A stretch of DNA of 32,970 nt from Octopus bimaculoides. Lineage: Eukaryota. The stretch covers positions 79,027,984 through 79,060,953 of the forward strand of contig NC_068987.1 in assembly GCF_001194135.2 (NCBI RefSeq), read 5' to 3'. How positions within the stretch are numbered: position 1 is the stretch's first letter; each line of letters begins with the position of its first letter. This document shows, piece by piece, positions 12,967-23,569 of this stretch. A program made the position numbers and the translations under genes. The notes below the pieces were generated by a model that saw only the letters and a list, made by a program, of their open reading frames with translations, had not been told where the DNA came from and ran no database searches.

Positions 12967-13206
12967 TATTCTTTTATTCTTTTACTTGTTTCAGTCATTT
13001 GACTGCGGCCATGCTGGAGCACCGCCTTTAGTCGAATCAAATCGACACCAGGACTTATTCTTTGTAAGCCTAGTACTTATTCTATCGGTCTCTTTTTGCC
13101 GAACCGCTATGTTACGGGGACCTAAACACACCAGTATCGGTTGTCAAGCGATGTTGGGGGGACAAACACAGATACACAACATATACACACATACATATAT
13201 ATATAT
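12967..13206 (-). mobile_element. SINE family A 3' half, identical to 11663-11902
   Basis: 240 bp with no mismatch by manual comparison, including private variants (GAATCAAATCGACACC, CTATGTTACGGGGACCT). Confidence 0.9.
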
Positions 13207-13524
13207 CTGTGTGTTTGTATATATGTGTCATACACAAAATCAGGCAAAAAAAATTCGTGACTTGATTACTATTAGAACATTTTAGCCCGTTTTATTATAA
13301 AGCAGGAAACATCAGTTAACATTACTCCGAGTTTCACGCATCTAATATTTAAACAGCAGGCTTTGTGTATATACGTACAACACACAACAGAGATGCATAC
13401 AAACACTCAACACCCATACACACAAAAACGCAACCGCACATTCGCACACTTATGTATCCAGGCAAACGCGTTCAAGCATTAAGGTGAGAAGCGATCTCAG
13501 AACCGTTAGCCAAGCACACATACA

Positions 13525-13571
<47 letters not shown>

Positions 13572-14322
13572 GCACNNNNNNNNNNNNNNNNNNNNNNNNN
13601 NNNNNNNNNNNNNNNNNNNNNNNNNNNNNNNNNNNNNNNNNNNNNNNNNNNNNNNNNNNNNNNNNNNNNNNNNNNNNNNNNNNNNNNNNNNNNNNNNNNN
13701 NNNNNNNNNNNNNNNNNNNNNNNNNNNNNNNNNNNNNNNNNNNNNNNNNCTATGTTACGTACATTTTTTTCTCTTCTTTTAACAACCCCCTTCGACCTTA
13801 TATTCGCTGTCAAACCCCAATTCTGCAACTACCATAATTGACCACGGTCGGTCGGTCGGTATAACCGACATGGTGGGGGGGGGGAAGGGCACATCAGCCG
13901 ACGACGACAACAGCAACAACAACAACCAAACTAACAAAACAACACCAATGACAAATACAACAAAAACGCAACAACAATTTCTGTTACTACTACTACTACT
14001 ACTACTGCTACTACTACTAACTACTACTGCTGCCCACCCTTATGACGCTGTTAATACTGAAAGTAGTGTCACCTCCACTACCACCACCAACACAACTACT
14101 CCGCCACCTCCCCCATAGTGGCCGTTGATGCTGTTAGTAACGAGAAGTGAAGAGAAAGACAAGAGCGTCTACGAGAAGAATAACAACAATAATGATAAGA
14201 ATGATATATCAGCCATATGGGATGCGTCGGAGCATAATACAATAAAGAATATGTCTATATGTCATACGTATCAGACACAGACACACATATATATAATATG
14301 CGCATATGATGTATATATAGAC

Positions 14323-14356
<34 letters not shown>

Positions 14357-14990
14357 NNNNNNNNNNNNNNNNNNNNNNNNNNNNNNNNNNNNNNNNNNNN
14401 NNNNNNNNNNNNNNNNNNNNNNNNNNNNNNNNNNNNNNNNNNNNNNNNNNNNNNNNNNNNNNNNNNNNNNNNNNNNNNNNNNNNNNNNNNNNNNNNNNNN
14501 NNNNNNNNNNNNNNNNNNNNNNNNNNNNNNNNNNNNNNNNNNNNNNNNNNNNNNNNNNNNNNNNNNNNNNNNNNNNNNNNNNNNNNNNNNNNNNNNNNNN
14601 NNNNNNNNNNNNNNNNNNNNNNNNNNNNNNNNNNNNNNNNNNNNNNNNNNNNNNNNNNNNNNNNNNNNNNNNNNNNNNNNNNNNNNNNNNNNNNNNNNNN
14701 NNNNNNNNNNNNNNNNNNNNNNNNNNNNNNNNNNNNNNNNNNNNNNNNNNNNNNNNNNNNNNNNNNNNNNNNNNNNNNNNNNNNNNNNNNNNNNNNNNNN
14801 NNNNNNNNNNNNNNNNNNNNNNNNNNNNNNNNNNNNNNNNNNNNNNNNNNNNNNNNNNNNNNNNNNNNNNNNNNNNNNNNNNNNNNNNNNNNNNNNNNNN
14901 NNNNNNNNNNNNNNNNNNNNNNNNNNNNNNNNNNNNNNNNNNNNNNNNNNNNNNNNNNNNNNNNNNNNNNNNNNNNNNNNNNNNNNNNNN

Positions 14991-15042
<52 letters not shown>

Positions 15043-15317
15043 CATATATATACATATATATGCATCTTATATATAGATATACATAATTTATATAATGTAT
15101 ATAGCACATTTGTGCAAATAAACTTACGTACACATATGTAACATATACATACACACATGTATATGGAGAGGTACGGAGCAGAACAGGAAGAATATGAATA
15201 ATACATCAGCAACAATAACAGTAACAAAAAGAATAACAAGAATTTTAATAATTTCATTTTGTTTGTTTTTGCCACAGGGACGACTGATAAAGACATTAGG
15301 AGAGTAAATTGCAACAT

Positions 15318-15386
<69 letters not shown>

Positions 15387-15420
15387 CACCACCACCACCA
15401 CTAGATAATAATAATGATAA

Positions 15421-15489
<69 letters not shown>

Positions 15490-15526
15490 CAGCAACAACA
15501 ACAACAACACCAACTACAACACCACC
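15318..15526. repeat. Compound trinucleotide array (ACT)n-(ACC)n-(AAT)n-(AAC)n
   Basis: Direct reading; four trinucleotide classes adjoin. Confidence 0.95.
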
Positions 15527-15549
15527 AAGATTCTGAGCGTGTGAGGTTG

Positions 15550-15626
15550 TGATAAGCGTCATTATATTTCGCTAGAGATAATCCTCCGCTAATCCCTACC
15601 ACCAGCCCCCATCTTACAGATAATTA
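15550..15626. promoter_or_regulatory. Putative enhancer-like motif cluster (3 x WGATAA, 2 x TAATCC)
   Basis: TGATAA 15550, AGATAA 15576 and 15618, TAATCC 15579 and 15590, TAATTA 15621. Motif presence only. Confidence 0.25.
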
Positions 15627-15650
15627 CTGAAACCACCAATAATTCTTAGA

Positions 15651-15651
<1 letters not shown>

Positions 15652-15730
<79 letters not shown>
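15652..15730. repeat. Perfect (CA)n, about 79 bp
   Basis: Direct reading. Confidence 0.95.
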
Positions 15731-15732
<2 letters not shown>

Positions 15733-18114
15733 GTTCACAGCCGCTGCTGACAACAAAATTAGCTCCAGTATTTATTTTTACTGCTGTTTATTTATTTATT
15801 TATTTATTATTATTATTGTTATTTTGCAGCCATCACATTTTTATCTTTGTTTCTTTCTTTCGTTTTCATTCGTCATTTCCATCCTCTTTTGTATTCACTT
15901 TCTCCTGTCACTTCTTCGTCATTTGCTTTTTCTTCTTTTCTTTTTCCCCCATCTTCCTCTCAGTAACCCTCTCTTACCTCTGCTATACTTCGTTGTCCCA
16001 CACTGAATTCTTGCTATACCTCTTTCCCATAGTTTTTTTCAGTTGAGAACTTTTTAAGGTAAACGAAATATTTCGTGGTCGATAATTTATTAAAAATGGC
16101 AGGCATTTCTTCTCTAAATCACGCCCTATTGTTTTAGAGGATAGAAAAATGCATATTCAATATATTATGATAAACATTTTGAGTAAAAAAAAATTAAATT
16201 ACGACAAAAAAAATAGTCATAGCTAGATTACAATTCATCTGCAAGATTCAAAATCGCCGGTATCGTTATCATCATCACGAACAGTTGTAAAACCTTTACA
16301 TTCACGACAATCATCGGCAATCAGCTCACGGATCACCATCATTATTTATGTCATCATTGTTCCTGTTATTATTGAAACAGAATATATCAAGAAAGAAAGC
16401 ATCCATTTAAAACAGATGAATACAGAATATAATTCAACAGAAATAACTTTAAAACAGTTACGGATGTAGCACTATTAAGAATTACGAACCAAGATTAACT
16501 GACACGTGAAAACACAAATTAATGTTCTCTTAACCAGTCATTAATGATCTCTAAACCAACACTGAAACGATTATCTAAAATGTAGAATTTACCTCCACAT
16601 AAACAAGCATAAACATCGTGTGTAAACGCTATGTAGGTATAGCGGAAGGGAAACAAACAACAATGCATCAATCATATTTCGTCTTTTATAAATGTATAAC
16701 CAAAGGGCTATGCAACAAAACTTCATTTATTCTAAGAATTTCAATATGTTACAATATTTGTTATCAGAAGAACGATTCCTGAAAGATGCATAACATACAA
16801 AATTGCCAAAATCCTGTACAGTATGCATACCCTGGTAGGGAATGATATTCACAAATCCAATAAGAGCACATTATTTTAATGTCAGATCAGAAATATTCAT
16901 CAGTTGTCGCCACTTCGATAAATATCTACAAAAACATTGGTAGATTATACAGCTACCTAACTGGACAGATCATTACTTAACTATATTTCATAAGGAATAG
17001 TGGATTCTTTATGTCGCTTCTCGATTAAGGCTCACTGTCACTCTTCCACGCTTAATAATCATTATCATTTATGCTGTCCAATATTGCCTGTAACTTAATA
17101 TGCAACGTAGCAATACACTCGTTGTACTTTTCATAACTTTAATCAACGTCGTAACTTCAACTCATGTACTGTTTAATATTATCCCACTTTTCAGTCACTC
17201 TTCATAGATTTTCTTCCTAGTCAATGTGTACAAACCCAAGTGGAATAACTTACTCCTAACAATCAATATCATTATGTAATATGTTAGGCTTCTTTAATTC
17301 AATGCAATATCAGAATCTGTACATACCATTTAATCTAACAACTGATATTCGCCCATTAGGTTTGTATAGGCTATTATGTTTGCATCGTCTGACGGATATG
17401 CAATATTACAGGTTATAAAACTTTGGGTGACATTGTAATATCACTAAAGGACACTTGCTATTAAGTATTACTCTCTACTACCTACACCGGGTTCTCTGGC
17501 TTTGTTAATTTAAATACCTGTATATATNNNNNNNNNNNNNNNNNNNNNNNNNNNNNNNNNNNNNNNNNNNNNNNNNNNNNNNNNNNNNNNNNNNNNNNNN
17601 NNNNNNNNNNNNNNNNNNNNNNNNNNNNNNNNNNNNNNNNNNNNNNNNNNNNNNNNNNNNNNNNNNNNNNNNNNNNNNNNNNNNNNNNNNNNNNNNNNNN
17701 NNNNNNNNNNNNNNNNNNNNNNNNNNNNNNNNNNNNNNNNNNNNNNNNNNNNNNNNNNNNNNNNNNNNNNNNNNNNNNNNNNNNNNNNNNNNNNNNNNNN
17801 NNNNNNNNNNNNNNNNNNNNNNNNNNNNNNNNNNNNNNNNNNNNNNNNNNNNNNNNNNNNNNNNNNNNNNNNNNNNNNNNNNNNNNNNNNNNNNNNNNNN
17901 NNNNNNNNNNNNNNNNNNNNNNNNNNNNTGATAGAAAAATTTCCTATCTTACAATCTATGCACTTACTTTGACACGGAGATATCAACTCCAAACATCTGG
18001 GAATAATTATCCCAACAATATACAAATTTTACAAAATAAATAAATAAATAAATATCGACAACAAAACCCACCACTTGGACCACCGGGAGAAACCGAAATG
18101 ATTCTTTTACTTAC

Positions 18115-18159
18115 CTTTCTCTAAACGGCAATGAGTGAGGAAAATGGCATCCATTTCGC
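18115..18159 (-). other. Candidate 45-nt exon, or the 3' end of a longer exon
   Basis: Acceptor TTTTTTTCTTTACTATCAG| and consensus donor GAAAG|GTAAGT. Two of three frames are open (xEMDAIFLTHCRLEK; xRNGCHFPHSLPFRE). Confidence 0.4.
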
Positions 18160-19171
18160 CTGATAGTAAAGAAAAAAACTTATCGGCAACCATTTCAAAT
18201 ATAGCTACTGTACCGACGCTTCCAGTGTACTCCGATACAGAGAACAATTTGGTGAACTTTGTAGTTTTTGCTGTTGGTATTTTGTTGTTATTAGTCCCTC
18301 ACACTCCAGGTCAGCCATGTTTGAGTAGAACTATGATTAACTTTGTGGAAGCTACGATCGTTTTTTAAAAATTTTCTCGTGCATTATTGTCTGCCTTATT
18401 CAATATATCTTATTAGAAGAGATAGTTTTAATGAGAAGGTCATTTGTTTACTACTTCTTGGAGTTCAAACGACAGCTTTGATGTTTCCTCGTTGGCTCGC
18501 CTGGCTCATCTTAACGAAGAGATATGGTGAGATGGCTGTCTTAAGATTGCCTCTTGGGTAACAAGTGGATCAGTTAAAAACATGATAGCAGCCATTCAGT
18601 ATAAACTTACAGTTCAATGCCCCATGGATATTGATTGAGTGTTTCGAGAACTCTTTAGTTGGTTCCTGTGCATTTCAGATACGTTGTTGTTGATCTTTTT
18701 ACCATGACGTATAGATGTTACACGAAACAGCAACGTCATTGTTAGCACATCTAGGCCAAAATATTATTTAACCTAATGGCCAGCGTCTACACATTAGAAA
18801 TGAAGGATCGAGGTAAATTTGTTGGGAAGGATTTGTGCTGATAGAAGAAAGGGACGTAACTGTTGATTGACAAGGCTTGTTACTTTGCACAAGGTGTAAT
18901 GGTACCCATATATATGAGGAACTATAAAGAACAAAACAGGATTTTGTGAAGGAAATCCATTTTTCACACGCTATAATGGTACATCACAGTGAAATAATTT
19001 CAGTAAGACATCAAGATAATGAAGGAGCCATTGAGTGGTCTCCCTATTCAACCTAGGGTTTGAATCAAATCAAACGCTATTCTTTAAAAAAGGAAAAGAA
19101 CAGGTTGAAAATGAATTGTGTAGTCGAGGTTCATACATTTAGGGATGCACAAATAAATGGCTTCCTAGAAG

Positions 19172-19572
19172 ATGAGTCGCCAATTGGATAAGATTCTGAG
19201 CTTACGATAATAAGGTCGTGAGTTCGATTTCCGTAACGAGTAGCGATCTGTGTCCTTGAACAAGGGACTTCACTTCACAATGCTTCAATGAACTCAGCTG
19301 GAAATTAGTACCAGCTGAGTGCAGCCATCTCTGTTTCCAGCCGTCACATTTTTAATGTTCCATTAGGTCAAAATCGGGGTCCTATTTTTACTCACAACTA
19401 CTATATGCTACCAGGACGGACTCACTTGCGAAGCTCATCTATGGATTTTCAGTCCAATGTTTGCTAAGCTTGAAGTGAAGAAAGACAGGATGGTCATGGT
19501 TGGAATACCATGCATCATAGGTCAATTTAACTAAAGATGAGCTGACGATAAACAAGGACGTTAACAACAGCA
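19172..19572 (+). mobile_element. tRNA-derived CORE-like SINE, family C, old copy with (CAA)-rich tail
   Basis: B box GAGTTCGATTTCC at 19220-19232, CORE-like TGTGTCCTTGAACAAGGGACTT at 19249, ACTCAGCTGG, and 3' motif GGATGGTCATGGTTGGAAT at 19488-19506. Confidence 0.7.
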
Positions 19573-20644
19573 AGACTAACCTCTCTTCTTAGTCAACAGT
19601 ACCCGCAACAACTGCGAGTAAATGATTGCAATAAGTTGAAAGGCAAAACTTAACCTTATTAATATCCAATTAAACCCAAATAATCACAACATATTACAGA
19701 TGATATATCATTTTACGAGCCCCACCGTCCCTCCCCCTATAGACAACACTACTTTTACTACCACAACCAGATTTCAATTATATTCTAAACATATTGTTTA
19801 TACACACACACACATGTAGACATACTCCTCACAAGCAAATATATAAATTTTCTCTCTCTCTCTCTCACTATATATNNNNNNNNNNNNNNNNNNNNNNNNN
19901 NNNNNNNNNNNNNNNNNNNNNNNNNNNNNNNNNNNNNNNNNNNNNNNNNNNNNNNNNNNNNNNNNNNNNNNNNNNNNNNNNNNNNNNNNNNNNNNNNNNN
20001 NNNNNNNNNNNNNNNNNNNNNNNNNNNNNNNNNNNNNNNNNNNNNNNNNNNNNNNNNNNNNNNNNNNNNNNNNNNNNNNNNNNNNNNNNNNNNNNNNNNN
20101 NNNNNNNNNNNNNNNNNNNNNNNNNNNNNNNNNNNNNNNNNNNNNNNNNNNNNNNNNNNNNNNNNNNNNNNNNNNNNNNNNNNNNNNNNNNNNNNNNNNN
20201 NNNNNNNNNNNNNNNNNNNNNNNNNNNNNNNNNNNNNNNNNNNNNNNNNNNNNNNNNNNNNNNNNNNNNNNNNNNNNNNNNNNNNNNNNNNNNNNNNNNN
20301 NNNNNNNNNNNNNNNNNNNNNNNNNNNNNNNAATACATACATGTGTGTGTGTGTGTGTGTTAGAGAGAGGGAGTGAGATACATATAAGTACGTACATACG
20401 AACATTTGACAAAAGGGTAGACCACACACATACATTCAAGTCTCAATCACATGACCAAACAAACACCGGCTTTTTTTTTTCTCTTCATATTCTTATTTTA
20501 CTGTTTTCACAACAAAACGAGCAAACTGTTAGTAAAAGCCACTGTTCAGGTTTGTATTTTTAGCGATACTCCCGCCCAATCTATATAGAATCAATGTGAC
20601 AATTCTCTCGTGTGTCTTTGTGGTTCTTGTTCTTGTGATTATTA

Positions 20645-20735
20645 TTGTTATTGTTGTTTTTGCTGCTACTGCTGGTACTGTTTCGCTCCGGGTCAACCCA
20701 GAACCGAGCAGTTCCAACCGTAACCATCCTATCTG
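20645..20735 (-). mobile_element. 3' tail fragment of family C-type SINE
   Basis: Minus strand GGATGGTTACGGTTGGAAC (20711-20729) followed by an AAAAACAACAATAACAAT tail; same motif as 19488. Confidence 0.55.
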
Positions 20736-20885
20736 TTTTTTTTACTTTCCTTTTTTTACAAACATAGTATTTGAAAATGCCATTATTCAATGGGTTCTGG
20801 TGTGCGTTTGCATGTCTTTTATTTTTAACTAGTTTCAATAATTGGACTACGTCCATAGTGGAGGACCGCCTAGTAATTACTTTTT

Positions 20886-21038
20886 TAAAAGTCTGGTACT
20901 TATTTTATCGTTCTTTTTTATGCTGAGCTGCTAAGTTACACGGACATAAACAAACCAGCACCAGTTGTCAAACTAAGGATTTGGGTGACAAACACACCCA
21001 CACATACATATATACATACATACATACACACAAACACA

Positions 21039-21087
<49 letters not shown>

Positions 21088-21195
21088 GACGGGATTCCAC
21101 ATAGCTTTCGTCTACCAAATTCATTCACAAAGCAGACTGACCCGGGGTATGGTGAAGACACTTGCCCAACATACCGTACAGTGTGACTGAACTCT
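20886..21195 (-). mobile_element. SINE family A, degraded, truncated at both ends
   Basis: CTGGTACTTATTTTATCG...GCTAAGTTAC...internal (AT)n...TTCGTCTACCAAAT...GAAGACACTTGCCCAA...GACTGAAC. Confidence 0.8.
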
Positions 21196-21307
21196 AAATT
21201 TCAAAATGATCTTACTGACACAGCAGTCCTAAAGGGAAAAGTTTGTATAGGATTTAAAAGGAAATTTGGCTGTTATTTTAAGCCGGTCGTGTGACCAGAT
21301 ATACGTT

Positions 21308-21372
21308 CATTGTTGTTGTTTTTCTCCACATCAGGCCTACAGCCATTACAACCATGCCCTAGTCATCTTATG
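21308..21372 (-). mobile_element. Probable family C-type 3' tail remnant
   Basis: Minus strand GGGCATGGTTGTAATGG...AAAAACAACAACAATG; degenerate match only. Confidence 0.35.
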
Positions 21373-21488
21373 AATTGAATTTGTGCTCCTGGTGTGACTC
21401 AAATTCAAATCTTTTATATTTCTTTTGCATTTCAAAGCATCATTGAAATTAGCTGCCAGATCTCCCTCACACCATACACTGTCAGAGG

Positions 21489-21760
21489 TACAGGCGTGGA
21501 TATGTGGTTAAGAAGTTTGCTTTCCAACTATGCGCAGCACCTTGAGCAAGTGTCTTCTACTAATGTGTGTGTGTGTGTCCAGCTTCCGCTTGACAACTGG
21601 TGTCGGTTTGTGTTTACGTTGGTTTGGCAAAAGAAACCGACTGACAGAGTAACTATCCTACTTGTAAAAAAATAAGTACTAGGCTTGATTTGTACGACTA
21701 TACCCTTCAAGGATGTGCTCCAGAATGGCCGTAGCCCAATGGCTGAAACAAATAAATAAT
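21489..21760 (+). mobile_element. SINE family A with internal deletions
   Basis: TACAGGCGTGGATATGTGGTTAAGAAG head, CACCTTGAGCAAGTGTCTTCTACT, (TG)n, GCTTGACAAC, AATAAGTACTAGGCTT, GTGCTCCAGAATGGCCG...CTGAAACAA. Confidence 0.8.
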
Positions 21761-21929
21761 AAGGATAGGGCAAGGAAACACTGAATATAGTCCCACACTC
21801 TTTCAAAAAGGCGGGACAGTCGCGGCCAGAAGATCTTTGAAACAGACATTTCTGGCAAAAGACCATTACCTGTTGCTCGAACTGCCAGATACTGTAGCCA
21901 ATTGTCCGACAAATCTCGTTTTAAGATGT

Positions 21930-22022
21930 CAAACGGGATGGTAACGGATGGAACGCCTTTGATCAGTATTCTTTTCAAGGAAAATCTGATAGAGGGCCAA
22001 ATAATAGCAACAACAACAGCAA
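21930..22022 (+). mobile_element. 3' tail fragment of family C-type SINE
   Basis: GGATGGTAACGGATGGAAC (21936-21954) followed by GCCTTTGATCA and ending in GCAACAACAACAGC. Confidence 0.55.
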
Positions 22023-22058
22023 CCTTATAATAATGATAATGAAACCAGTTTTGTGCAG

Positions 22059-22131
<73 letters not shown>

Positions 22132-22997
22132 GAGAGGAGGTGGGGGACAAAAATAAAATAAAATAAAAATAACGAAATGATTATCTCCCTTAGACTTTTA
22201 TTTTCCATGTTACACACAAAGAGGAGGCGCGATTTACACGTGTCACCTTAAACTAAAGACTATCGGTGCAATGTTCTTACAACGCACAGGAAGCCATTTG
22301 TAGATCTCCAGACATATGACTCGTTTTTATTATCTCCCTTTTATTTTGCCATCTTCTTAATATCAACACCACCATTATTATCATGATCAGTAATAAATAT
22401 CACTATGAGTAACATTATATTTTACAAATGAGATAAAGATAATGACTGCTTTGAAATAAGTACAGTGTTTATGTCGCACCTATCATTTAGTGTCAAATGT
22501 CTGTACAAAATTTTTCCTTTCGTAGTTATAGTTTTACCTTGTGCATACGTTTCACGTCTTTTTATTTATTTTCATTTAAAATCAACTATAAAAATAAAGC
22601 AGCTGGTACATGAGTAGATACGATCTTTTACCTTTTATTTTTTTAATGAAACTTATATGGAAATTTTGCAACATTCATTCGTTTCTGAGGCACTAATTGG
22701 AAATACGAGGCTTTTCATCTAGCAATCACAATCACGAATTTTACAGAGGCACGAAAAAGTTGTGACACTATTGAAAGTAAACTGGAAGTGTATTGGTTTC
22801 TACAATGAATCGAAACGTGAACGTGTGGCTCGAATTACCGGAAGCTTGCTTCTACTCTGTGCCAAATCCCTCATATTGATTAAGCCCGAAGCAATTTCTA
22901 CTCTCGTCCCTTACGTTTTTAAGAAAAACTGCAAATGCGCCTCATAATCACCGTTTTTGAAAATATAGGGCCATATTATAAATGAAATCTTAGATAC

Positions 22998-23160
22998 AGG
23001 CGCAGGAGTGGCTGTGTGATAAGTAGCTTGCTTACCAACTACATGATTCCGGGTTCAGTCCCACTGCATGGCACCTGGGGCAAGTTTCTTCTACTATAGC
23101 CTCGGGCCAACCAAAGGCTTGTGAATGGATCTGGTAGACGGAAACTGAAGGAAGCCCATC

Positions 23161-23233
<73 letters not shown>

Positions 23234-23490
23234 TGGGTGTGTGGGTGTGGGTGTGTATGTGTGGGTGGGTGTGTATGTGTGTGTGTGTGCGTGTGTGTCT
23301 ATGTTTGTCGCTTGACAACCGATGTTGGTGTGTTTACGTCCTCGTAACTTAGCGGTTCGGCAAAAAAGCCCGATAGAATAAGTACCAAGCTCACAAAGAA
23401 TAAGTCCTGGGGTCGATTTGCTCGACTAAAAGTGGTGCTCCAGCATGGCAGCAGTCAAATGACCGAAACAGGTAAAAGAATAAAAGAATA
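22998..23490 (+). mobile_element. SINE family A, complete; best reference copy in the window
   Basis: A-box-like TGGCTGTGTGA 23009-23019, B-box-like GGTTCAGTCCC 23052-23062, CORE-like CCTGGGGCAAGT, internal (TA)n(TG)n at about 23162-23300, hairpin GTCGA-TTTGC-TCGAC, and (TAAAAGAA)2 tail. No clear target-site duplication. Confidence 0.93.
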
Positions 23491-23569
23491 CATTATTGTC
23501 TACAAAAAGTAAGTTTGTTATAGCTTTTATCATAGATTTGTTGTGTCTAGTTGCTGGTTTATGACTTCT

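Noticed and set aside
15042-15602. Minus ORFs with poly-Cys/Tyr/Val or poly-Leu/Gly/Ser
   Set aside because: Translations of the compound trinucleotide array.
16593-16778. Possible 186-nt minus exon (TTTCAG acceptor, GAG|GTAAAT donor)
   Set aside because: Stops in all three frames and only moderate signals. A non-coding exon is not excluded but is unsupported.
17248-17320. Minus-strand GTAAGT donor at 17253
   Set aside because: Nearest acceptor is weak and all frames contain stops.
19009-19071. HQDN...EWSPYST*GLNQI, resembling Tc1/mariner QDN and WPxxSPDLNPI motifs
   Set aside because: QDN-to-W spacing is about 5 aa instead of roughly 25-30, and there is no other transposase motif or terminal inverted repeat.
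21679-21978. 99-aa minus ORF MKRILIKGVPSV...
   Set aside because: Spans a C-type tail and the family A 3' end in antisense; composite repeat origin.
22998-23070. tRNA gene calls for SINE heads (also 19172-19235 and 9050-9095)
   Set aside because: They continue into SINE bodies and do not form complete cloverleafs.
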